A stretch of DNA of 64,000 nt from an uncultured Desulfurococcales archaeon (lineage in GTDB: Archaea > Thermoproteota > Thermoprotei_A > Sulfolobales > Acidilobaceae): assembly GCA_964343115.1 (NCBI GenBank), contig CAYFGU010000002.1, positions 37,767 to 101,766 of the forward strand. Reading direction: 5' to 3'. A program made the position numbers and the translations under genes. Numbering within the stretch: the stretch's first letter is position 1; each line of letters starts with the position of its first letter. Below the pieces are notes generated by a model that had not been told where the DNA came from, searched no databases, and was given only the letters and a program-made list of their open reading frames with translations. Of this stretch, positions 39,135-46,743 are shown one piece after another.

Positions 39135-39872
39135 TCATGAGGGACCCCTAAATAATGGTCCCTGGAAGGGGTTCTTCCTGAAGTTTACAGGGCACTTCAT
39201 GACCTTTACGAGGCCAAGCTCGATCATCTTTGAGAGGCTGAGCCTCTGAGAGCCGGTGAGCCTGAGGAAGGCTGTGGCGGCCCCGAGCCATATCCTGTCC
39301 CAGTACTTCCTCCCCGTGTGGACGCTGCTCCGCTTGACCTTTGGGCACCTAAGCCTGATGTACCCAACCCCCTCTATGTAGGGCGTGTGCCCGTGGAACA
39401 GGTATGCGATCCTTAACCTCCTAATGTCCTCCAGGTTGTACTCGCAGAGGTCATAGTGGACCCTCCCGTAGGCGAACGCGGGCCTGTAAGTGCCGCGAGA
39501 CCTCAGGAAGACTATCTCGAGGGGCTCGTACTCAGCCTTCCCATCACCCCTGTAGATGGAGAACGTGAACCCTGCGAGCAGAAGGAGGCCGTAGAAGGGT
39601 GAGGCGTTGAAGGGGTCTGGCCAGACTATGAGCTCGAAGTCCCTTAGGGGGTCCACGTTCCGGGGTAGCACTATCTCGGCTCCGTAGCCCCTCGCGAGCA
39701 GCCCCAGGAGCATCTCGGCCTCAGCCCAAGCGGCCGAAAGCCTGTCCAGGGCCTCCCTGGTGCCAGAGGCCGCGAGCTTTACCATGGAAGGCACGTTGTC
39801 GCCGCTCCTGGAGATCAGCTCACGGCACTGCTGGGCTAGGCCATCTAGGGGCTCGCCCAAAAACGTCTTCAC
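39135..39872 (-). CDS. Hypothetical protein (245 aa)
   Basis: GTG start in a GTGA junction with the alaX stop (39869-39872). Its TGA stop is in frame with the glgA N-terminal extension. No family recognised. Confidence 0.45.
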   Translation of the reverse strand: MKTFLGEPLDGLAQQCRELISRSGDNVPSMVKLAASGTREALDRLSAAWAEAEMLLGLLARGYGAEIVLPRNVDPLRDFELIVWPDPFNASPFYGLLLLAGFTFSIYRGDGKAEYEPLEIVFLRSRGTYRPAFAYGRVHYDLCEYNLEDIRRLRIAYLFHGHTPYIEGVGYIRLRCPKVKRSSVHTGRKYWDRIWLGAATAFLRLTGSQRLSLSKMIELGLVKVMKCPVNFRKNPFQGPLFRGPS

Positions 39873-40606
39873 CCTTGGGGCCTGTCAGCAACCCTGTAGT
39901 AGAGCCTCTTCCGGGTCTTCCCCCTGTTCTCCACGTTAACTACCTCCACCCTCCCGACCTCGCAGGTGTTCCTCACGTGAGGGCCCCCGTCCGCCTGTAT
40001 GTCAACGCCTGGGATCTCGACGATCCTCAGCCTGTCCACCTCAGGGGGCAGCCTGGACGCCAGCTTAACTATGCCGGGTATCTGCAGCGCCTTCTCCCTG
40101 TCGAGCCAGTACACCTTGACCTCTAAGCACCTGGCCAGTATCGAGTTGGCCTCGTCAACTGCAGCCCTTAGGGCCTCCCTCCAGTCCTGAACGGGCCCCA
40201 GGTCAAAGTCGTCCTGGGCCATATCAGGCCTTATGTGGCCCCCCGTCACCTTAGCGCCGTACTTGTTAAATAGCACGGCGGCTACCACGTGGCTGGCTGT
40301 GTGGAGCCTCATCATGGCGTAGCGCCTGTCCCAGTCTATGGCGCCCCTTACCCGTGAGCCCGGCCTGAGCGCGCTTACGTCGCCTTCGACCAGGTGGGCC
40401 ACGTCGTTGTCCTCCTCCCTGGCTCCCGTGACCCTCAGCCTGACGCCCGAGTCCGTCGTCAGGAAGCCTGTGTCGGTGTCAAGCCCGCCCGAGGGCCCGG
40501 GGTGAAAGGCGGTCGCGTCCAGAAAGACCCTGTTCTCGACAACCCTTGTTACTACGGCCTCAAACTCCCTGAGGTAGGAGTCCTCCTGGAACAGCAGCCT
40601 GACCAT
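39869..40606 (-). CDS. alaX: Alanyl-tRNA editing protein AlaX (AlaX-M type)
   Basis: MRLHTASHVV (HxxxH Zn motif) and ADGGPHVRNT (CxxxH-region equivalent). 245 aa, the size of free-standing AlaRS editing domains. Confidence 0.75.
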   Translation of the reverse strand: MVRLLFQEDSYLREFEAVVTRVVENRVFLDATAFHPGPSGGLDTDTGFLTTDSGVRLRVTGAREEDNDVAHLVEGDVSALRPGSRVRGAIDWDRRYAMMRLHTASHVVAAVLFNKYGAKVTGGHIRPDMAQDDFDLGPVQDWREALRAAVDEANSILARCLEVKVYWLDREKALQIPGIVKLASRLPPEVDRLRIVEIPGVDIQADGGPHVRNTCEVGRVEVVNVENRGKTRKRLYYRVADRPQG

Positions 40607-40631
40607 GTCGTTGCACCCCTGGGCCTAAGCG

Positions 40632-40736
40632 TGGAGCCGCCGGCGGGATTTGAACCCGCGACCACCGGCTCTCCCCGACCTCGGGCTCCCTGAGGCCATA
40701 CGAGGCCGGCGCTCTACCGGGCTGAGCTACGGCGGC
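40632..40736 (-). tRNA. tRNA-Thr (anticodon CGU) with 28-nt intron at 37/38 and encoded CCA
   Basis: Hand-folded: GCCGCCG acceptor, anticodon arm CCGGC-CTCGTA[intron 40671-40698]A-GCCGG, T arm GCGGG-TTCAAAT-CCCGC, discriminator U, CCA. Confidence 0.85.
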
Positions 40737-40761
40737 CCCTCTGGCCCTCGCTGGTGGAGGC

Positions 40762-40770
40762 CCTTAAAGG
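40762..40770 (-). promoter_or_regulatory. TATA-like box for tRNA-Thr
   Basis: The minus strand reads CCTTTAAGG about 28 nt upstream of the tRNA 5' end (40736). Confidence 0.4.
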
Positions 40771-40844
40771 GGTTGCTAGTTAAAGGGTCTCGTCAGAGGT
40801 ATCCCACAATGTGTTCCCGAACGCTTCAGTATTTCACCTGATGA

Positions 40845-42128
40845 ATGAAGATAAGTGCTTTAAAGCTTCTAGAGGCGCTTAACTGCATCGTGGGCGCTGT
40901 GGTGAGGGACCTCTCGGGCAAGTTCTCAGCCTCTACGAAGGCCCTCAAGCCCTCCGAGGTCAGGGAAATACTGGCGCTGACTGAGAACAGGAAGGTCCTG
41001 AGCCTGGCCGGAGGGCTTCCAGGGCCTGAGGTCTTCCCCAAGGAGGACCTGGCCAGGATAGCGGCCAGGGTCATCGAGGAGCTCGGCGACAGCGCTCTAC
41101 AGTACTCCCCAACGCTGGGGGTCATGCCATTCAGGGAGGCCGTCGCCGACTTCGTCAGGCAGAGGGGAGTTAAGGTCCTCGACTCCGACAGGGTGGCAGT
41201 GACGACGGGAAGCCAGGAGGCAATCTACCTCCTCGGGATGACCCTTGTGAACCCCAGGGACGCCATAATTGTCGAGAGCCCCACCTACCTCGCCGCCCTC
41301 AACGTGTTCAGGTACTTTGGGGCCGAGTTCATACCTGTGCCGATAGACGAGGGTGGAATGAGGACAGAGATGCTCGAGGATAAGGTCAAGGAGGCCAGGT
41401 CTAAGGGCCTCAACGTCAAGATGATCTACACGGTTGCCACCTGCCACAACCCCACCGGCGTCATAATGATGGACGACAGGAGGAAGGAGCTTCTAGAGGT
41501 CGCGAGCAAGTACGACCTGCTGGTCATCGAGGACGACCCCTACAGCTTCTTCGTCTTCGACGAGGTACCCTTCACGCCCCTCAAGACCCTTGACACAGAG
41601 GGCAGGGTGATATACCTTGGAACCTTCAGCAAGATACTCGCGCCTGGCCTGAGGCTCGGCTACATGATAGCTGACAGGCAGCTCACCAGGACTGTCGAGC
41701 TCGCCAAGCAGATGGTAGACCTCCACTCCTCCACTCTCTCACAGTATGTGGCCCTCTACGCGATAAGGGAGGGCGTGGTCGACAAGACCATACAGAGGGC
41801 CAGGACGGTGTACAGGGAGAAGAGGGACGTGATGATAGAGGCGCTCGAAGAGTACATGCCTGACGGGTCGCACTGGTTCAAGCCCAAGGGCGGCCTCTTC
41901 GCCTTCATATACCTGCCGAGCTCCGTGGACACCACAGACATGCTGCAGATGGCCATAGACAGGGGGGTCGCCTACGTGCCCGGCAGGAGCTTCTTCAGCG
42001 ACGGCTCCGGCTCCAACGCGATGAGGATAAACTTCAGCTACCTACCTCCTGACAAGCTCAGGGAGGGCATAAGGCTGATAGCGGAGGCCGCCAGGGATTA
42101 CATAAAGGCCAAGGCATCGGGCTCATAG
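40845..42128 (+). CDS. Class I/II PLP aminotransferase (2-aminoadipate/aromatic/aspartate type)
   Basis: LAGGLPGPEVFP, HNPTGV and GTFSKILAPGLRLGY (PLP-Lys SK motif), 427 aa. Confidence 0.8.
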   Translation: MKISALKLLEALNCIVGAVVRDLSGKFSASTKALKPSEVREILALTENRKVLSLAGGLPGPEVFPKEDLARIAARVIEELGDSALQYSPTLGVMPFREAVADFVRQRGVKVLDSDRVAVTTGSQEAIYLLGMTLVNPRDAIIVESPTYLAALNVFRYFGAEFIPVPIDEGGMRTEMLEDKVKEARSKGLNVKMIYTVATCHNPTGVIMMDDRRKELLEVASKYDLLVIEDDPYSFFVFDEVPFTPLKTLDTEGRVIYLGTFSKILAPGLRLGYMIADRQLTRTVELAKQMVDLHSSTLSQYVALYAIREGVVDKTIQRARTVYREKRDVMIEALEEYMPDGSHWFKPKGGLFAFIYLPSSVDTTDMLQMAIDRGVAYVPGRSFFSDGSGSNAMRINFSYLPPDKLREGIRLIAEAARDYIKAKASGS

Positions 42129-42206
42129 CTCCAGACCCTCATCACCTGTCAGGCATATGACCCTATCATCGCCTCCTCCTACAGGTCCCGGGAGGCTAAT
42201 AAGAGG

Positions 42207-42887
42207 ATGAGCTCTTGGGAGCTCTTCGACAGGCTGCACCAGGCCTACGAGAGGTGGTACGCCGAGAACCCCGTAACTGCCCAGAACGAGCTGAGGGCCG
42301 TGCTGAGCGTGGACCCAGGGCAGGCCTGGAGGCCTTGTGTCGACGTTGGCTCAGGGACAGGCTACTTCACGGCGCCGCTCGGGTGCTTGGGGGTAGAGCC
42401 TAGCGTCTACATGGCCTTCCTCGGCAGGTCCCTAAGGGGAGTCGACGCGGTGCAAGGCAGGGCAGAGGCCCTGCCCCTTGCAGGGGGGCGCGCCGGCTCA
42501 GCGTTCATGATAGTGACCCTCTGCTTCCTGCCCGACCCAGCCCAGGCGGTGCTTGAGGTGAGGAGGGCCCTAAGGCCGGGCGGCCATGCAGTCGCCTGCA
42601 TAGTACCCAGGGGGAGCCAGTGGGCTGAGGAGTACGAGAGGAGGGCGGCCGAGGGCGACCCGTTCTACTCAGTCGCCAGGTTCTACTACACCGAGGAGGT
42701 CAGGTCGCTGTTCACCTCCTACGGCTTCGCCTTCGAGGGGGCCGTTGGCACGCTGACCTACGGCCCCTACGATGAGCCCAGGCCAGAGGTGCCCAGGCCC
42801 TACACGGGCGAGGAGGGCTTCGTCTGCCTGAGGTTTAAATCCCCTGGGCGCCCACAGGGGGCGGATGAGGAGGCTCGAAAGGCCTGA
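42207..42887 (+). CDS. Class I SAM-dependent methyltransferase
   Basis: CVDVGSGTGYF (motif I) and LRPGGHAV (post-II), 226 aa. Confidence 0.7.
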   Translation: MSSWELFDRLHQAYERWYAENPVTAQNELRAVLSVDPGQAWRPCVDVGSGTGYFTAPLGCLGVEPSVYMAFLGRSLRGVDAVQGRAEALPLAGGRAGSAFMIVTLCFLPDPAQAVLEVRRALRPGGHAVACIVPRGSQWAEEYERRAAEGDPFYSVARFYYTEEVRSLFTSYGFAFEGAVGTLTYGPYDEPRPEVPRPYTGEEGFVCLRFKSPGRPQGADEEARKA

Positions 42888-42962
42888 CGTAGCAGGATGA
42901 GGAGCCCGCGCAGGCCTGACACCGCTTAATACGCCCCTCACCCTAGGCGTCCCAGGGCGCGC

Positions 42963-43922
42963 TTGAGGTTCGTTGTGACGGGGGGCGCGGGCTTCATAGG
43001 GTCGCACCTGGTGGAGCTCCTGCTCAGCCAGGGGCACAGCGTAGTGGTTGTGGACAACCTCTCCACAGGAAGGCTCGAGTTCCTCAGCGGCGTCCTCAAT
43101 GAACCAGGGCTCGAGCTGGTTAGGGATGACCTCAGGGACCCGGAGGTCGCGTCGAGGTCCGTCAGGGGCGCGGACGCCGTGTTCCACCTGGCCGCAAACC
43201 CCGAGGTCAGGATCGGCTCCCAGGACCCCGCCTCGATCTATGAGCAGAACGTCCTCGTTACGTTCAACGTGCTGGAGGCCATGAGGGCCCACGGCGTGAG
43301 GGTCATCGGGTTCGCCTCCTCGTCCACGGTCTACGGGGACGCGAGGGTCCTCCCGACGCCGGAGGACTACTCCCCCCTCGAGCCGATAAGCGTCTACGGG
43401 GCGTCAAAGCTCGCAGGGGAGGCCATGCTCAGCGGCTACGCCCACACCTTCGGGTGGACGGCTGTCTCCTTCAGGCTAGCTAACGTCGTCGGGCCCAGGC
43501 TGACGCACGGTGTGATACATGACTTCGTGCAGAAGCTCAGGAGGAACCCAGCCGAGCTCGAGGTCCTGGGCGACGGCACCCAGAGCAAGAGCTACGTACA
43601 CGTGAAGGACGCTGTAGGGGCCATGTACCACCTCCTGACGGAGGCCGTGAGGAGGGGGGTCACCTACGAGGCCTTTAACGTGGGGAGCGAGGACAGGATC
43701 TCAGTCATGGAGATAGCCTCCATAGTGGCCTCTGAGATGGGCCTCTCGCCCAGGGTCTATACAACAGGAGGCGTGGACGGGGGAAGGGGCTGGAGGGGGG
43801 ACGTTAAGTACATGCAGCTCGACGTGAGGAAGGCCGCCTCCTGGGGTTGGAGGCCGACCATGGGTAGCAGGGAGACCGTTAGGAGGGCGGTCCAGGAGCT
43901 CCTCAGGGAGCTCAAAGCTTAA
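42963..43922 (+). CDS. NAD-dependent nucleoside-diphosphate-sugar epimerase/dehydratase (SDR)
   Basis: VVTGGAGFIGSHLV (Rossmann GxxGxxG) and YGASK (YxxxK catalytic motif), 319 aa. Confidence 0.8.
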   Translation: MRFVVTGGAGFIGSHLVELLLSQGHSVVVVDNLSTGRLEFLSGVLNEPGLELVRDDLRDPEVASRSVRGADAVFHLAANPEVRIGSQDPASIYEQNVLVTFNVLEAMRAHGVRVIGFASSSTVYGDARVLPTPEDYSPLEPISVYGASKLAGEAMLSGYAHTFGWTAVSFRLANVVGPRLTHGVIHDFVQKLRRNPAELEVLGDGTQSKSYVHVKDAVGAMYHLLTEAVRRGVTYEAFNVGSEDRISVMEIASIVASEMGLSPRVYTTGGVDGGRGWRGDVKYMQLDVRKAASWGWRPTMGSRETVRRAVQELLRELKA

Positions 43923-43949
43923 TTCCCCTGTAGTCATCGATTGGCCGGT

Positions 43950-44027
43950 GCCGCGGTAGTACAGCCCGGCCAAGTATGCGGGCCTTTCGAGCCCGTGACC
44001 CGGGTTCAAATCCCGGCCGCGGCACCA
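43950..44027 (+). tRNA. tRNA-Glu (anticodon UUC), encoded CCA
   Basis: Hand-folded: GCCGCGG/CCGCGGC acceptor, anticodon arm CGGGC-CTTTCGA-GCCCG, T arm CCGGG-TTCAAAT-CCCGG, discriminator A, CCA. Confidence 0.9.
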
Positions 44028-44047
44028 AAGCAGCTTATGGCCTGGGC

Positions 44048-44061
44048 TGACAGCGCTGTCA
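44048..44061. promoter_or_regulatory. Perfect 14-bp palindrome TGACAGCGCTGTCA upstream of the polB2-like module
   Basis: Read directly. It lies about 20 nt upstream of a TATA-like TACATATA (44081-44088) that precedes the small ORF and polymerase gene. Confidence 0.35.
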
Positions 44062-44100
44062 CTTTCGTCGCCCCCTCCCCTACATATAGGGCGCAGCTAT

Positions 44101-44340
44101 GTGGGTGAGGTCGTGGGCAGGACCCAGCCCTCCCTGACGGTTGCTGTTGAGGGCGAGCTGGCAAAGCTTGAGAGGGTATCCTCGAGGCTGAGGGACCCCA
44201 GGCTTAGGGAGAGGCTTGAGCGGGCCAGGCCCGCGATAAGGCAGGTCGAGGAGGCCTTCGAGGAGGAGCTCGCTGACCCGCTTGAGGTGCTCCTCCTCGC
44301 CCTCCTAGCTGCCTGCGGTGGCCGCGATGATAGTCGTTGA
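44101..44340 (+). CDS. Small helical hypothetical protein (about 75-79 aa)
   Basis: GTG-initiated ORF (GTG at 44101 or 44113), R/E-rich helical sequence. Its 3' end overlaps the polymerase ORF start by 14-23 nt. Confidence 0.35.
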   Translation: MGEVVGRTQPSLTVAVEGELAKLERVSSRLRDPRLRERLERARPAIRQVEEAFEEELADPLEVLLLALLAACGGRDDSR

Positions 44341-46018
44341 CGCGGTTCCCAGGGAGGGAGGGGTCGAGCTGGTCTTTGACGGCTTCAGGAGGGCCTTCGT
44401 GAGGACTACGTTCCCGGTCTACCTGGAGGAGCTCCCGCCGGGCGTGCTCTCCCACCCCTCCGTCGCAGAGGTCTTCCCCGAGGCCTGGAGGAGGCTGGAC
44501 GGGACCCCGGTGACGCTCTACAGGGTGGAGCTGAGGGACCTCAGGGCCTACAGGGACCTAAGGAGGTTCAGGGTCGTCAACGACTTCATAAGCCCCCTGA
44601 GCCAGGCCCTGGTGAGGCTCGGGGCCCTCCCAATGCACAACGTGGAGCTAAGGGAAGGGAGGGTCGAGCTGGAGGACGACGGCTACAGCTTCCCCGGCGT
44701 GACGTACGCCAAGGTCGTGCTCTACGACTGGTACGGCGAGCACGTGTCCGGGGGGAGGTACAGGCTCTACGTTAACGGGGCCCTCAGGGAGGAGGGTGAC
44801 GTGAGGGACCTCGAGGTGGCAGCCGACGTAGTGGAGTGCCCCTCTTCAGTCTGCGACAGGGCCAGGGCGTCGGTCAAGGTGGTCACGGAGCTCAGGAGGT
44901 CCCCGGTGGACGTCAAGGGCCTCATAATTTGGAGCAAGTCCGTCAGGGTCCTTCTCAGGGAGATAAGGTACGCCAGCATAGGCAGGGCCCTCACGGCCAA
45001 CGAGGCCTGGGCCGCCATGAGGAGGAGGTACGTGGTCCCTAAGGTAGTCCCTAGGGTCGAGGGCATCAAGACGCTGGAGTCGATGGCCTACATGGACAGG
45101 CCAGGCCTCCTGGTGTACCCCGAGGGAGGGTGCTACGACAACGTTTACCAGGTCGACTTCTCCTCAATGTACCCGTCTATAATAGCCAAGTACAACATAT
45201 CAGGGGAGACGGTCAACGCCTGCGATGACCTGAGGGTCGGCCCGTACACGGTCTGCGCGAGGGAGAGGGGCGTGGTAGCAGAGGCCGTGGAGGAGCTCAT
45301 AAGGCTCAAGGAGCTCTACAAGAGGGTCGACGAGGAGGTGGCCGAGGCCTTCAAGTGGGTCCTGGTGGCCTCGTTCGGCTACCTCGGGTACAGGAACTCG
45401 ATATTCGGCAGGATAGAGGCCTACGAGGCCGTGACCTTCCTAGCTAGGGCCACCCTGAGGCTCGCCATGGAGCTCGCGAGGGAGATGGGGCTCGAGGTCC
45501 TGCACGGCATAGTTGACTCCCTCATGGTGAGGGGGCCCAGGGAGGCGGTCGAGGAGTTCGTCTCCAAGGTCAACGAGGCCACGGGCCTCAGGCTCAAGCT
45601 GGAGGACGAGTTCAGCTGGGCCCTGTTCACGAGGTCAAGGGAGGGCCTCCCGTACCCCCACAGGTACGTGGGCAGGAGACCCAACGGCAGCCTCAAGGTC
45701 AAGGGGCTCCTGAGGGCCAACCAGCCCCTGCTCGTCAGGGAGTTCTACGAGGAGGTCCTGGAGCTCATGGCTGGGGCCGCGAGCTGCTCGGAGCTGAGGG
45801 GGCTAAGGCCCGCCGTCGAGGGCGTCTACAGGAGGTACAGGGAGAGGGCCTTCAGGGGCGAGCCCAGGGAGTTCGTGCTCTGGATCAGGGGCGAGCCCTA
45901 TGTCAGGGGGCCCAGGGGCTTCTACAGCGCCGAGCTCGGCTACAGGGGCCACGACCCTCAGTACTACGAGGCCTACCTGGCCAGGGCGCTCGAGGCCGTA
46001 GAGGGGATGCTGCCCTGA
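44318..46018 (+). CDS. Short family-B DNA polymerase, PolB2(Dpo2)-like, with divergent catalytic motifs
   Basis: Motif A QVDFSSMYPSIIAKYNIS (45155-45181). Degenerate motif B region KWVLVASFGYLGYRNS. Motif C position reads VLHGIVDSLMV (45503-45520) instead of YxDTDS. Only 566 aa and no DxE ExoI motif seen. Confidence 0.65.
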   Translation: MAAMIVVDAVPREGGVELVFDGFRRAFVRTTFPVYLEELPPGVLSHPSVAEVFPEAWRRLDGTPVTLYRVELRDLRAYRDLRRFRVVNDFISPLSQALVRLGALPMHNVELREGRVELEDDGYSFPGVTYAKVVLYDWYGEHVSGGRYRLYVNGALREEGDVRDLEVAADVVECPSSVCDRARASVKVVTELRRSPVDVKGLIIWSKSVRVLLREIRYASIGRALTANEAWAAMRRRYVVPKVVPRVEGIKTLESMAYMDRPGLLVYPEGGCYDNVYQVDFSSMYPSIIAKYNISGETVNACDDLRVGPYTVCARERGVVAEAVEELIRLKELYKRVDEEVAEAFKWVLVASFGYLGYRNSIFGRIEAYEAVTFLARATLRLAMELAREMGLEVLHGIVDSLMVRGPREAVEEFVSKVNEATGLRLKLEDEFSWALFTRSREGLPYPHRYVGRRPNGSLKVKGLLRANQPLLVREFYEEVLELMAGAASCSELRGLRPAVEGVYRRYRERAFRGEPREFVLWIRGEPYVRGPRGFYSAELGYRGHDPQYYEAYLARALEAVEGMLP

Positions 46019-46743
46019 TAACGGGCTTCGAGGAGCTTGACGGCCTGATCTCCAGGGACCGGGTAGTCGAGTTCTTCTCGGTGGAGGGGGACCTCCTGGA
46101 GGAGCTCTACTCCAGGACCATAGCCCTCTCATACCCCCTGGTCAAGGTCCTCGTGGTGGCCGAAAGGGGAGGCCTCAACCCCTGGCTGGTCAGGGCCTAC
46201 CAGAGGGCTGCGGGGGTCAGGGGGACGGTCCTGGTCAGGAGGGCCTTCAAGCCTGAGGACGTGCCTCCCTCCGTTGACGCCATGGGTGAGGGGGACCTGG
46301 TGATCATAAACCCCTACGGCTTCAGGAGGCTCTACGTGGCCATAGTGGGGGCCATAAGGAGGAGGGAGGGGAGGACGTTCATATTCTCGCTCATGGACAG
46401 GCTGAGGGAGGGCAGCGTCTTCGGGCTCCACTCGGCCCACTCCCTGATAGAGGTTGCAAGGCTAAGGGGAGCGGTGAAGTTCAGGGTCGTAAAGAGCGTC
46501 ACGTCGGCCGAGGTGGAGCTGACGTACCCCCTGTCCGCGCTGTACATGAGGGAGTTCAGGGGTCTTGAGCCCTGGATCATTGGCCTAGGGGGTGGGGCCG
46601 CTCAGCACGGCGGCTCGACCCCTGCGGCCCTCAGCTCCTCCGCCCTGAGGCCGAGGGCCCCCCTCCTGGTAACCTTGAGCGAGGCGGCCCGGACGGCGAA
46701 GCTGGCTGCGGCCATCAGGTCGTTGCCGCAGCCGATAGCGTAG
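46015..46743 (+). CDS. RadA/RadB(RecA-fold)-like protein lacking a Walker A motif
   Basis: The track ORF starts at GTG 46081, but the in-frame upstream codons read (L)ITGFEELDGLISRDRVVEFF, like the RadB/KaiC N-terminus sTGieeLDelLgGG. There is no GxxxxGK[ST] anywhere. I extended the 5' end to CTG 46015, which forms a CTGA junction with the polymerase stop. The 3' end overlaps the convergent ribokinase gene by 142 nt. Family assignment is by eye only. Confidence 0.4.
   Translation: MITGFEELDGLISRDRVVEFFSVEGDLLEELYSRTIALSYPLVKVLVVAERGGLNPWLVRAYQRAAGVRGTVLVRRAFKPEDVPPSVDAMGEGDLVIINPYGFRRLYVAIVGAIRRREGRTFIFSLMDRLREGSVFGLHSAHSLIEVARLRGAVKFRVVKSVTSAEVELTYPLSALYMREFRGLEPWIIGLGGGAAQHGGSTPAALSSSALRPRAPLLVTLSEAARTAKLAAAIRSLPQPIA

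Noticed and set aside
39135-39137. In-frame TGA between the 245-aa ORF and glgA as selenocysteine or another recoded amino acid
   Set aside because: I saw no structured element suggestive of a SECIS, and no Sec machinery is in the window. Sec use is not established for Crenarchaeota. Reinitiation, read-through or error are more parsimonious.
40826-41125. 99-aa minus-strand ORF
   Set aside because: It is antisense to the N-terminus of the class I/II aminotransferase and is S/A/L-rich.
42669-43292. 207-aa minus-strand ORF
   Set aside because: It is antisense across the methyltransferase and epimerase genes and is P/G/R-rich.
43950-46743. Polymerase module as an element integrated at tRNA-Glu
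   Set aside because: I saw no integrase, no terminal inverted repeats and no duplicate of the tRNA 3' end downstream. Composition looks like the surroundings.
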